Positions 21,106-29,595 are shown, counted from the first letter of the stretch. The stretch: DNA of 42,545 bases from an uncultured Staphylococcaceae bacterium (GCA_964453965.1 CAYVQA010000002.1:1-42545), one strand, 5' to 3'. Translations and numbers: made by a program. The notes: a model not told the origin generated them from the letters alone.

Positions 21106-21477
21106 ATGCAAAGTTTTTATAATTATTTTTCAAGTCCTAGATATATTATGAATCAACCAAAACAAGTTGCAAAATTTTACAACTTAAATGAAGCATTAGA
21201 AATGGGAAATATCGTAAAAGATGAATATATTCCTTATAAAAATTATCAAATTAAAAAAATTGAGACATTTAATGAAACTGAACAAATTGAACTTATGATA
21301 ATGAAATATGAATTTTTATTACATGATTTAAAATTATATCTAGATACAAATCCCAATTGTCTTGAAGCTAAGACATTATATGAAAATACCAAAAAAGGCT
21401 ATTATGATTATATAAATCAACATAATCAATTTTTTGAACAAAATAAGGATTGGCCTTGGGAAGGATGGATTAAGTAA
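21106..21477 (+). CDS. cotJB: spore coat protein CotJB with CotJA-like N-terminal extension (apparent CotJA-CotJB fusion)
   Basis: The C-terminal half has the CotJB signature FLLHDLKLYLDTNPNCLEAKTLY and a terminal DWPWEGW. The N-terminal ~50 aa (FYNLNEALEMGNIVKDEYIPYKNY) resemble the CotJA EAL..GT....L..PY motif. AGGAGG RBS. cotJC follows with a 1-nt overlap. Confidence 0.7.
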   Translation: MQSFYNYFSSPRYIMNQPKQVAKFYNLNEALEMGNIVKDEYIPYKNYQIKKIETFNETEQIELMIMKYEFLLHDLKLYLDTNPNCLEAKTLYENTKKGYYDYINQHNQFFEQNKDWPWEGWIK

Positions 21478-22046
21478 TGTGGAAATATGAAAAAAGACTA
21501 CAATATCCAATTAATATCAAAAAATCCAATCCGAAATTTGCAAAATGTATTTTGTCACAATATGGTGGACCACAAGGCGAACTTATGGCCGCAATCCGTT
21601 ATTTAAATCAACGTTATACAATGCCAGACGATGAAGGCAAAGCATTACTTACTGATATTGGAACAGAGGAACTTGCTCATGTTGAAATGATTTGTACCAT
21701 GGTTTATCAATTATTAAAAAATGTTACAATTGAAGATATTAAAGCAAATGGTCTAGAATCATACTATACAGAACATGGTTTGGATTTATTCCCAGAATCA
21801 TCCGGCGGTCTTCCTGATACTGCTAAATATATTTCATCAGTAGGAAATCCTTTATCTGATATTTCCGAAGATATGGCAGCGGAAATGAAAGCAAAAGCTA
21901 TTTACGAAAACTTAATTGATTTAGCTGAAGATGAAGATGTTATTCAAGTATTATTGTATCTTCGTCAAAGAGAAGTTGTTCATTTTAATCGCTTTAAAGA
22001 ATTATTTGAAAGATATGAAAAATTGGGGTATCAATCGCATAAATAA
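21477..22046 (+). CDS. cotJC: spore coat protein CotJC (manganese catalase family)
   Basis: 189 aa with MWKYEKRLQYPI, GGPQGELMAAIRYLNQRY and EELAHVEM di-metal motifs typical of CotJC. Confidence 0.88.
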   Translation: MWKYEKRLQYPINIKKSNPKFAKCILSQYGGPQGELMAAIRYLNQRYTMPDDEGKALLTDIGTEELAHVEMICTMVYQLLKNVTIEDIKANGLESYYTEHGLDLFPESSGGLPDTAKYISSVGNPLSDISEDMAAEMKAKAIYENLIDLAEDEDVIQVLLYLRQREVVHFNRFKELFERYEKLGYQSHK

Positions 22047-22055
22047 AAAAATGAA

Positions 22056-22086
22056 ACTGTTGGCGTTATTGTCAACAGTCTTTTTT
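22056..22086. terminator. bidirectional terminator shared by cotJC (+) and asd (-)
   Basis: ACTGTTGGC / GTCAACAGT stem (22056-22064 / 22071-22079), an A-run upstream and T6 downstream. The right arm overlaps the asd stop codon (22072-22074). Confidence 0.65.
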
Positions 22087-23061
22087 AACTTCTTTAATAA
22101 TTTTTTCACAAATATAAAGCGAATTAGATGCGGCGCCAGTTAAAATATTATTACTTGTCGAATAAAATAATAATTCATAATCATTAATTAAACGAAATCG
22201 GCCTACATAGACAAAGTCATTATTATAAGTGTCAATTGAAGTTGGGTAATAATTATTTTCTAGATTATCTTTAATAATAATACGCGGATTCTTTTTTAGT
22301 TTTTCCTTTAAAAAATCCAAATTTATTTTTTTCTTTGTTTTTATTAATGTAACGATTCCATGGCCAATTAAGATAGGAACCCGTATGCAAGTTGCACTAA
22401 TTTTAATATGATGATTTAAAATTTTTTCTGTTTCACATATCATTTTATTTTCTTCTTCAGTAAAGTTATTTATTGAAATTTTACCAATTGAGGGAATACA
22501 TGTTTTAGTAATTTCATAGGGATAAAAGTTTTTCTTTCTTTTTTCTAAATCAATAACTCCTTTATAACCACTTCCTGATACTGCTTGATAAGTAGAATAA
22601 TTAATTTCTTTTAAATAATATAAATCATCAATTGTTTTTAAAACAGAAACACTTTGAATTGTTGAACAATTTGGATTTGCAATCAGTCGATATTTAGAAA
22701 GGCTTTCGTCATTAACATAAGGAACGATTAAAGGAACGTTTTTAAACATCCGGTAATAAGATGAATTATCAATTATGATAAGATCTTTTTTTATAATTTT
22801 TGGGACGATACTTGCAGAAACATTTGCTGGTGATGTGAAAAATACAATATCGATATTGTCAAAATAAGATAGATCAAATTTTAATATTTCAATTATTTCA
22901 TTTTTAAATTTAATCTTTTTACCAATGCTTTTATTACTTGCAAAAAGATAAATATTACCTATTGGAATGGTGCTTTTTTCTAATAAACTTATTAATGTTT
23001 GGCCAATGAGTCCTGTTGAACCAATTATCGCAATATGATATTGAGATTTATTTTTTAACAT
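22072..23061 (-). CDS. asd: aspartate-semialdehyde dehydrogenase
   Basis: N-terminal IAIIGSTGLIGQ Rossmann motif, active-site ANPNCSTIQ and YQAVSGSG. Confidence 0.88.
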   Translation of the reverse strand: MLKNKSQYHIAIIGSTGLIGQTLISLLEKSTIPIGNIYLFASNKSIGKKIKFKNEIIEILKFDLSYFDNIDIVFFTSPANVSASIVPKIIKKDLIIIDNSSYYRMFKNVPLIVPYVNDESLSKYRLIANPNCSTIQSVSVLKTIDDLYYLKEINYSTYQAVSGSGYKGVIDLEKRKKNFYPYEITKTCIPSIGKISINNFTEEENKMICETEKILNHHIKISATCIRVPILIGHGIVTLIKTKKKINLDFLKEKLKKNPRIIIKDNLENNYYPTSIDTYNNDFVYVGRFRLINDYELLFYSTSNNILTGAASNSLYICEKIIKEVKKDC

Positions 23062-24119
23062 AATTTAACATCTTCTAATATTTTTATATCAATATCTTTA
23101 TTTTTTTTGATTTTTATTTTTTTTAAATTAGAAAAAATAAGCTGATACTCAAAAAAATCATCAATAATAAAAGTTGTATGTTTGAAATTATTTAAAATTA
23201 AATGACTTTTTTCTTCAAGTTGTTTAAACATTCCTTTTGAAACAAAAAATGTTAAATAGTTTTCATAAGTAAAGACATTTTCAATTTCAAAATGTTTTTT
23301 AATTAAATATTGAAAAGAATCATTTTTTATATAAGGGCTAATAATTTTAATTTGGTATGAATTTAATTCTTGAATATTTAATGGCGTAATTGATACATAT
23401 TCATTACTACTAATAATCGTTTCTTTTTTATTACTTTTTAAGATAATTTTTGTATTATTATTTTTGGCATAATCGATAACTTTCTTTTGAAAAATATTTA
23501 AACCATTATTAATTAAAAAAAGCATTTGATCATAACTTAAATAGGGAATTTCTAAAGAAGATGGATTATTAAAAACTTTTAACGGCTGATCTTTATATAT
23601 TTCACATGGAACGCCAAATGATGTCGCAAGAAATAAAGCAGTATAATCTGATCCATTAAATCCTAACGTTGTAAATTCATTACTATCAGTTATTCCTTGA
23701 TAACCGCTAATTATCAAAATATCGTATTTTAATAAATACTCATCAATTTTATGTTTATTAACAGAAATAATATTGGCATCTAAATAATTATTATCTGTTA
23801 ATAATTCAATTTGCATTGCATTTAAAGCAATTGATTTTAGACCATAATTATTAATTATTGCCGAAAGAAGTGGTGAAATTTGTAGTTCGCCAGTGATTAA
23901 AAAGGCAGCTTCATTTTGATTATCTTTTGTATTAAGAAAAGAATCAAATTCGTTTTTTAATTTTCTTGTGGTATTATTAAAAGCTGAAATAACAATAATA
24001 AACTTTGTTTTTTGAGTCTTTGATAAATTTAAAAAATCATCGATGATTTCGTAGGAAATTTTTGATAAATCACTTTTTTCTTTTAATAATGAGCCACCAT
24101 ATTTTTTTACACAAATCAT
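23055..24119 (-). CDS. divergent aspartate kinase (amino-acid kinase fold), about 355 aa
   Basis: Motifs MICVKKYGGS (compare KFGG[TS]S), VISAF, ISGYQG and TTLGFNGSDYTA (compare TLGRGGSDxTA). It overlaps the asd start by 7 nt. The true start is ATG 24119, preceded by AAAGGAG; the ORF-track extension to 24206 has no RBS. Confidence 0.7.
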   Translation of the reverse strand: MICVKKYGGSLLKEKSDLSKISYEIIDDFLNLSKTQKTKFIIVISAFNNTTRKLKNEFDSFLNTKDNQNEAAFLITGELQISPLLSAIINNYGLKSIALNAMQIELLTDNNYLDANIISVNKHKIDEYLLKYDILIISGYQGITDSNEFTTLGFNGSDYTALFLATSFGVPCEIYKDQPLKVFNNPSSLEIPYLSYDQMLFLINNGLNIFQKKVIDYAKNNNTKIILKSNKKETIISSNEYVSITPLNIQELNSYQIKIISPYIKNDSFQYLIKKHFEIENVFTYENYLTFFVSKGMFKQLEEKSHLILNNFKHTTFIIDDFFEYQLIFSNLKKIKIKKNKDIDIKILEDVKLC

Positions 24120-24295
24120 TATATTTTCTCCTTTTAAAAAATTATTTTTACATTTTATATTATGAAAAAAGCTATATAATGGTGACAAATACCTAAAAAA
24201 GGTCAAAAATTGTTAAAAATAAAAAATATCAAAAAATAGTAGAAAAAACATGAAAAATATTTTATTTCAAATTGCTTTCAAAAATAATATAAATG

Positions 24296-24304
24296 TGATA
24301 TAAT
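24296..24304 (+). promoter_or_regulatory. extended -10 element upstream of ftsZ
   Basis: TGaTATAAT at 24296-24304, about 50 nt upstream of the ftsZ ATG. There is no good -35 at 17-nt spacing. Confidence 0.4.
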
Positions 24305-24353
24305 TCAAACAGAATATGAAAAAATAAAATCAACCTAAGGGAGTTTATAATAT

Positions 24354-25496
24354 ATGGCATACGAAGAAGAAATTGAACAAAAAGAAATGTTTAGTGAAAC
24401 GCCAGTTTTAAAAGTTGTTGGCGTTGGTGGTGGTGGCTGTAATGCGGTCAATAGAATGATTGATAACGATGTTGATGGTGTTGAATTTATTGCAATAAAT
24501 ACCGATAGTCAAGTTTTAAAACAATCAAGAGCAGAATGCAGAATTCAAATCGGAAAAAAGATAACAAAAGGATTAGGCGCAGGAGCAAATCCTGAAACAG
24601 GAAGAAGAGCTGCGGAAGAATCAGAAAAAGAAATTCGTGAGTCTTTAAAAGATGCCAATTTAATTTTTGTTGCGACGGGAATGGGCGGTGGAACCGGAAC
24701 AGGTGCTGCACCAGTAGTCGCAAGATATGCAAAAGAATCAGGTGCACTAGTAGTTGGTATTGTTACTAAGCCATTTGCTTTTGAAGGTAAGAGAAGAATG
24801 CAACAAGCATTAAGAGGTATTGAAGAAATGCGTCCTTATGTTGATACTTTAGTTGTAATTCCAAATGATAAATTATTAGAAACAGTTGGATCAGATACAA
24901 CATATCTAAAGGCATTCCAAGAAGCTGATAATGTATTAAGACGAGGAGTTCAAGGTATTTCTGAATTAATGTCACTTCCTGGCTTAATTAATGTTGACTT
25001 TGCGGATGTAAAGACAGTTCTTCAAGGAAAAGGTACTGCTTTAATGGGGATTGGGGTTGCAAGTGGTCCGAACCGTGCAATTGAAGCTGCAAGATCTGCA
25101 ATCACAAGTCCATTACTTGAAATTGATATTTCAGGTGCAACTGACGCAATCGTTCAAATCACAGCAGATGCGGATATTACATTAACAGAAGTTAAAGATA
25201 TTGTTGATGAAATAAGCCGTGCCGCAAGCGATGATATCGATATAATTCATGGTGTAGGTTATAATTTAGATTTACAAGGTGAAATTATTGTAACAGTTAT
25301 TGCGACAGGATTTGATAATTCAGAATCAAGAAAACAAAAAGTAGAAACTAAAATTGAAACTGAACCAAAAAAAGTTTATACAACTAATAAACCTCAAACT
25401 AATATAAACCTTGGCGGTGGGTCAACTGTTGTTGAGAAAAAAGAAGAAAAACAACAAACAAATGTACCTTCATGGCTTGCAAATCGTTTTAAATAA
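24354..25496 (+). CDS. ftsZ: cell division protein FtsZ
   Basis: Motifs [21 protein letters not shown] and the tubulin signature [13 protein letters not shown]. The C-terminal peptide is VPSWLANRF (compare the IP.FLR motif). Confidence 0.97.
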   Translation: MAYEEEIEQKEMFSETPVLKVVGVGGGGCNAVNRMIDNDVDGVEFIAINTDSQVLKQSRAECRIQIGKKITKGLGAGANPETGRRAAEESEKEIRESLKDANLIFVATGMGGGTGTGAAPVVARYAKESGALVVGIVTKPFAFEGKRRMQQALRGIEEMRPYVDTLVVIPNDKLLETVGSDTTYLKAFQEADNVLRRGVQGISELMSLPGLINVDFADVKTVLQGKGTALMGIGVASGPNRAIEAARSAITSPLLEIDISGATDAIVQITADADITLTEVKDIVDEISRAASDDIDIIHGVGYNLDLQGEIIVTVIATGFDNSESRKQKVETKIETEPKKVYTTNKPQTNINLGGGSTVVEKKEEKQQTNVPSWLANRFK

Positions 25497-25516
25497 TCAT
25501 TTAAATATTAGATATA

Positions 25517-25575
25517 AAAATTCCTTTAATAAATTTGTGTAATTACAAATATTATTAGAAGGAATTTTTTTATTT
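25517..25575 (+). terminator. long-hairpin rho-independent terminator after ftsZ
   Basis: An imperfect hairpin of about 25 bp (AAATTCCTTTAATAAATTTGTG ... TACAAATATTATTAGAAGGAATTT with two bulges) followed by a T-run. Confidence 0.7.
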
Positions 25576-25602
25576 TTTAAAATTTGTTAAAAATCATATA
25601 TT

Positions 25603-25635
25603 TTGACAAATCTTTTTTTTCCTTAAGTGTATAAT
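25603..25635 (+). promoter_or_regulatory. spoIIG-type promoter: TTGACA and TATAAT separated by 21 nt, with a 0A-box-like TTTGACA
   Basis: TTGACA at 25603-25608, TATAAT at 25630-25635, and a spacer of 21 nt (25609-25629). TTTGACA (25602-25608) differs by 1 nt from the Spo0A box complement TTCGACA. Confidence 0.5.
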
Positions 25636-25663
25636 GAAATCATTCATTTGAGGTAGAATATTA

Positions 25664-26365
25664 ATGATTATTTATGTTGATATTGTTATACTTTTTACAA
25701 TTTTAATTAATTATTTATTTATTAAAGCTATTAATATTCTTTTTAATTCAAAAATTAGTATTTTAAGAATGGTTATTGTATTAATAATTTCTGTTTTATC
25801 ATTGATATTTTACATTTTACCATATCCATTTTTATGGGAAATACGACATTTTTATGGGATTATCATTGGTTTAATTGCGTTCATTGACAAAAATAAAACA
25901 ATCAGAATTTATAAAATTTTATTATATTACATCATGAATTATTTATTAATAGGAACTTTAGCAATTTTTAATGTTGCTTCTTATCATTGGCTTTTAATTA
26001 TTTCATTAATAATTGTTATAATAATTTTTTTGGAATATTTTCTTAAAAATAAAACAACTAAAGAAAGTAGCTTTGTCACTAACGATTATTATTTAAATAA
26101 TAAACGATTAAAAACTTTAATTGATAGTGGAAATAAATGTTATTATCAAGGTATAATGGTTGCATTCTTAGATTATAAATTTATAGATAGTGACTATATT
26201 TTAATTGGTGAAATGCTTACAAAAAGCATTTTAGGAGAAGTATTGGTAAATATTTATATTGGGCCGCTATTAAAATATAAAAATGAAGAAATAATTACAT
26301 ATTTTGCCTTTATGAAATTAGATGATTATGATTTAATAATCGGAATAGGAGAAAAAAATGATTAA
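25664..26365 (+). CDS. spoIIGA: sigma-E processing peptidase SpoIIGA (short form, 233 aa)
   Basis: N-terminus MIIYVDIVILFTILINYLF, about 5 TM segments, and the aspartic protease motif LIDSGN (D154, nt 26123-26125). It lies directly upstream of sigE and overlaps it by 8 nt. Confidence 0.8.
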   Translation: MIIYVDIVILFTILINYLFIKAINILFNSKISILRMVIVLIISVLSLIFYILPYPFLWEIRHFYGIIIGLIAFIDKNKTIRIYKILLYYIMNYLLIGTLAIFNVASYHWLLIISLIIVIIIFLEYFLKNKTTKESSFVTNDYYLNNKRLKTLIDSGNKCYYQGIMVAFLDYKFIDSDYILIGEMLTKSILGEVLVNIYIGPLLKYKNEEIITYFAFMKLDDYDLIIGIGEKND

Positions 26366-27080
26366 CTTATTACTTAAACTTATTCATCAATTTTTAAAAA
26401 GTATTTTAAAAATAAATAATAATCAAATTTGTTATATTCATAGTAATAACATTTTACCGCCACCACTTAAGGAAGAAGAAGAACTTGACCTTTTAAAACT
26501 CGTAAAAGAAGGCGATTTAGACGCAAGAAACACATTAATAATTCATAATTTACGATTAGTTGTTTTTATCGCCAAAAAATTCGAATCAACAAAAATTAAT
26601 ATTGAAGATTTAATAAGTATTGGTTCGATGGGATTAATAAAAGGAGTTCAGACATTTAAACTTGAAAAAAACATTAAATTAGCAACTTATGCATCACGTT
26701 GTATCGAAAACGAAATCTTAATGTATTTACGAAAAACACAAAGAATTCGCCAAGAAATATCATTAGATGAAGTGTTATCTGTCGATAGTGAAGGAAACGA
26801 AATGATGTTAACAGACGTTTTAAGTTCAACAGAACCATTATCACTTGCGAAAATAGTGGCAGAAGAAGATGTAAACAATATTTATGATGCATTAAATCAT
26901 TTAAATAAAAGAGAAAGAGAAATAATAATTTTACGCTTTGGTTTAAATAATGAAGAACCATTAACACAAAAAGAAGTTGCAGATAAACTTGGAATCTCAC
27001 AATCATACATATCTCGGTTAGAAAAAAAGATAATCGACAAAATGCGTCAATATATCTTAAATAAAGTAAAGGTTGCATAA
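26358..27080 (+). CDS. sigE: pro-sigma-E (sporulation sigma factor SigE)
   Basis: Pro-sequence followed by LPPPLKEEEE, NLRLVVFIAKKF, INIEDLISIGSMGLIKGV and KLATYASRCIENEILMYLRK. This is near-identical to my recollection of the B. subtilis SigE motifs. Confidence 0.93.
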   Translation: MINLLLKLIHQFLKSILKINNNQICYIHSNNILPPPLKEEEELDLLKLVKEGDLDARNTLIIHNLRLVVFIAKKFESTKINIEDLISIGSMGLIKGVQTFKLEKNIKLATYASRCIENEILMYLRKTQRIRQEISLDEVLSVDSEGNEMMLTDVLSSTEPLSLAKIVAEEDVNNIYDALNHLNKREREIIILRFGLNNEEPLTQKEVADKLGISQSYISRLEKKIIDKMRQYILNKVKVA

Positions 27081-27172
27081 TTAAAAAAATTTTTTAAAAA
27101 AAATATTTAGTATATTGTATTAAAAAAATGCAAAAAATCTAAGTAGAGTTTAAAAATAGATGGGGGATAATT

Positions 27173-27943
27173 ATGCGAAATAAAGTAGAAATTACGGGTG
27201 TTAATACAGCTGATTTAAAAGTGATTGATTCGGAACTAGCCTTAAAATTAATCAAAGAAGCTCAAGAAGGTAATGATGCAGCGAGAGATGAAGTTGTTTT
27301 AGGAAATTTAAAATTAGTTCTTAGTGTAATAAAAAAATTTAATAATCGTGGTGAAAATTTAGATGATTTATTTCAAGTAGGTTGTTTAGGCTTAATTAAA
27401 GCAATTGATAATTTTGATTTTAGTCATGGAGTAAAATTTTCGACATATGCGGTGCCAATGATAATTGGCGAAATAAGAAGATACTTAAGGGATAATTCGA
27501 AAATAAGAGTATCACGTTCATTAAAAGATATCGCTTATAAGTCATTGCAATATAAAGAACAATATCAAAAGGAGCATAGTAAAGAACCATCAATTGAAGA
27601 AATTGCGGCTGCATTAAAAATAGAAACAATCGATATTGTTATTGCGCTAGAGGCTATTCAAGAACCAATTTCAATTTATACACCAATTTTTAGTAATGGT
27701 GGTGATGAAATTTATTTAATCGACCAAATATCAGATGACACGAATAGTGAAGAAAAGAAATTAAATAAAATTATGATTGAAGAAGGAATGCAAAAATTAA
27801 ATAAAAGATTAAAAAATATAATATATGACAGATACTATGAAGGTAAAACCCAAATGGAAATAGCCGAAGAAATAGGAATATCACAAGCTCAAGTTTCAAG
27901 ATTAGAAAAAACCGCTTTGAAAATAATATTTGGTAAAAATTAG
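27173..27943 (+). CDS. sigG: sporulation sigma factor SigG
   Basis: Motifs MRNKVEITGVNT, GNLKLVLSVIKKFNNRGENLDDLFQVGCLGLIKAIDNFD and KFSTYAVPMIIGEIRRYLRD, matching B. subtilis SigG. The position after sigE also fits. Confidence 0.9.
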   Translation: MRNKVEITGVNTADLKVIDSELALKLIKEAQEGNDAARDEVVLGNLKLVLSVIKKFNNRGENLDDLFQVGCLGLIKAIDNFDFSHGVKFSTYAVPMIIGEIRRYLRDNSKIRVSRSLKDIAYKSLQYKEQYQKEHSKEPSIEEIAAALKIETIDIVIALEAIQEPISIYTPIFSNGGDEIYLIDQISDDTNSEEKKLNKIMIEEGMQKLNKRLKNIIYDRYYEGKTQMEIAEEIGISQAQVSRLEKTALKIIFGKN

Positions 27944-27968
27944 GCTATAGTTAATTCTATAGTCTTTT
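27943..27968 (+). terminator. weak terminator after sigG
   Basis: GGCTATAG / CTATAGTC stem (one G-U), loop TTAATT, then TTTT. Confidence 0.45.
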
Positions 27969-28002
27969 AGTATTTTGATAATTTCTAACATAATCATTTT
28001 TA

Positions 28003-28031
28003 GTGCAAAAAAACATAAATAGTGGTATAAT
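28003..28031 (+). promoter_or_regulatory. sigma-A-type promoter for gpmI
   Basis: GTGCAA at 28003-28008, a 17-nt spacer, and TGgTATAAT at 28023-28031. Confidence 0.5.
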
Positions 28032-28062
28032 TACTTAAATTATCGAAAAGGAGAAATATATA

Positions 28063-29595
28063 ATGAGTGATAAAAATTTAGTAATGCTTGTTATTATGGA
28101 TGGATACGGAATTAGAACAAATAATGATGGAAATGCAATTGCAAATGCAAAGAAACCACATTTAGATGCCTTATTTAAAAAATATCCCCATACTTTAATT
28201 CAAGCGTCAGGTGAAGCTGTTGGACTTCCTGATGGGCAAATGGGAAATAGTGAAGTTGGCCATATGAATATAGGTGCAGGCCGCGTAGTTTTTCAATCTT
28301 TAACAAGACTAAATATTGCAGTTAGAGAAAATACTTTAATGGATATGCCAGCAATGAAAAAAGCAATAAATCATGCGCTTAAAAATGATTCAAATTTACA
28401 TATTATGGGATTAGTAAGTGATGGCGGAGTTCATTCTCATATTGATCATATAATTTATATGATGCAAAAAGCAAGCGAAGCAGGAATTAAAAATATTTAT
28501 GTACATGCTTATTTAGATGGAAGAGATGTTCCACCTACATCTGCAAAAACATATCTTTCTAAACTTCAAGAAAATTTAAAAGACAATTGTCATATAGGTA
28601 TTGTTTCTGGACGTTACTATGCAATGGATCGTGATAAAAATTATGATCGTATCCAACCTGCTTATGATGCATTAGTTCATGGAATTGGACCAGTAAAAGA
28701 TTTACTTGGTGGAATTGATGAATCATATGCTGAAGGCGTAACAGATGAATTTGTAAAACCATATATTGTTACTCCAGGTGCTGTAGTAAATGAAAATGAT
28801 AGTGTGATTTTTGCAAACTTTAGACCAGATCGTGCTATTCAAATGAGTGTCGCTTTAACGAATCCAACTTGTGCAAAAAGTCCAAAAAGTGAACTTGTAA
28901 ATTACAAAGAATTCAAAAATTTAAATTTTGTTCAAATGATGCTTTATAGTGATTTAGTTAAAGGCGATGTAAATTTCGGCCTTCAAAAATTAGATAATAT
29001 GTATGGCGACGTAATTGCAAATTTAGGTTTAAAACAATTAAGAATCGCTGAAACGGAAAAATATGCTCATGTTACTTATTTCTTTGATGGCGGAATTGAT
29101 AAAGAATTAAAAGGTGCTGATCGTATTTTAGTTCCTTCTCCTGCTGTTGCAACATACGATTTGCAACCTGAAATGAGTGCATATATTGTTACTGATAAAG
29201 TCGTTGAAGCAATTAAATCAGAAAAATATGATACAATCATTTTAAACTATGCAAACTGTGATATGGTTGGTCATACTGGTGTTTATGAAGCAGCGGTTAA
29301 AGCAGTTGAAGCTGTTGATGAATGTGTTGGAAGAGTATTTGATGCGGTTAAAGCAGTTGGTGGAACAATTGTCTTAACAGCAGATCATGGAAATGCCGAT
29401 ATGATTTGGGATGATAACCATGTGCCATTTACTTCACATACAACTAATCCAGTACCGTTCTTAATAACAAATGAAAATCTTGTTTTAAGAGAAACAGGTA
29501 ATTTAGGTGATATTACACCAACAATGTTAGATTTATTAGGAATTGATAAACCTGTTGAAATGACTGGAACAAGTATGATAAAGGAACGTAAATAA
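28063..29595 (+). CDS. gpmI: 2,3-bisphosphoglycerate-independent phosphoglycerate mutase
   Basis: 510 aa with DGYG, the catalytic serine in MGNSEVGHMNIGAGR, LVSDGGVHSH, and ANCDMVGHTG...TADHGNA. Confidence 0.95.
   Translation: MSDKNLVMLVIMDGYGIRTNNDGNAIANAKKPHLDALFKKYPHTLIQASGEAVGLPDGQMGNSEVGHMNIGAGRVVFQSLTRLNIAVRENTLMDMPAMKKAINHALKNDSNLHIMGLVSDGGVHSHIDHIIYMMQKASEAGIKNIYVHAYLDGRDVPPTSAKTYLSKLQENLKDNCHIGIVSGRYYAMDRDKNYDRIQPAYDALVHGIGPVKDLLGGIDESYAEGVTDEFVKPYIVTPGAVVNENDSVIFANFRPDRAIQMSVALTNPTCAKSPKSELVNYKEFKNLNFVQMMLYSDLVKGDVNFGLQKLDNMYGDVIANLGLKQLRIAETEKYAHVTYFFDGGIDKELKGADRILVPSPAVATYDLQPEMSAYIVTDKVVEAIKSEKYDTIILNYANCDMVGHTGVYEAAVKAVEAVDECVGRVFDAVKAVGGTIVLTADHGNADMIWDDNHVPFTSHTTNPVPFLITNENLVLRETGNLGDITPTMLDLLGIDKPVEMTGTSMIKERK

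Noticed and set aside
21931-22143. 70-aa + strand ORF spanning the cotJC end and the asd end
   Set aside because: It overlaps two well-supported genes and crosses the bidirectional terminator, so it is not credible.
24120-24206. N-terminal extension of the aspartokinase ORF, and the similar lgt extension at 32271..32330
   Set aside because: In both cases an internal ATG preceded by a strong RBS (AAAGGAG; GAAAGGGGA) coincides with the start of family homology. The upstream extensions lack an RBS.
24120-24353. Possible lysine riboswitch (L-box) or T-box leader upstream of the aspartokinase gene on the minus strand
   Set aside because: The region is almost pure A/T and lacks the conserved G/C-rich helices and motifs of these leaders. 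No terminator/antiterminator pair is visible.
26674-27078. 134-aa and 63-aa minus-strand ORFs antisense to sigE
   Set aside because: They lie entirely within the strongly conserved sigE coding sequence, have a leucine/phenylalanine-rich shadow composition and have no RBS.
27081-27172. Sigma-F/sigma-G-type promoter upstream of sigG (GTATA at 27110-27114, 15-nt spacer, GCAAAAAATCTA)
   Set aside because: The -35 fits (GTATA) but the -10 matches the GG..A.A.T. or CAT..TA consensus only partially. This is too weak to call without comparative or experimental data.
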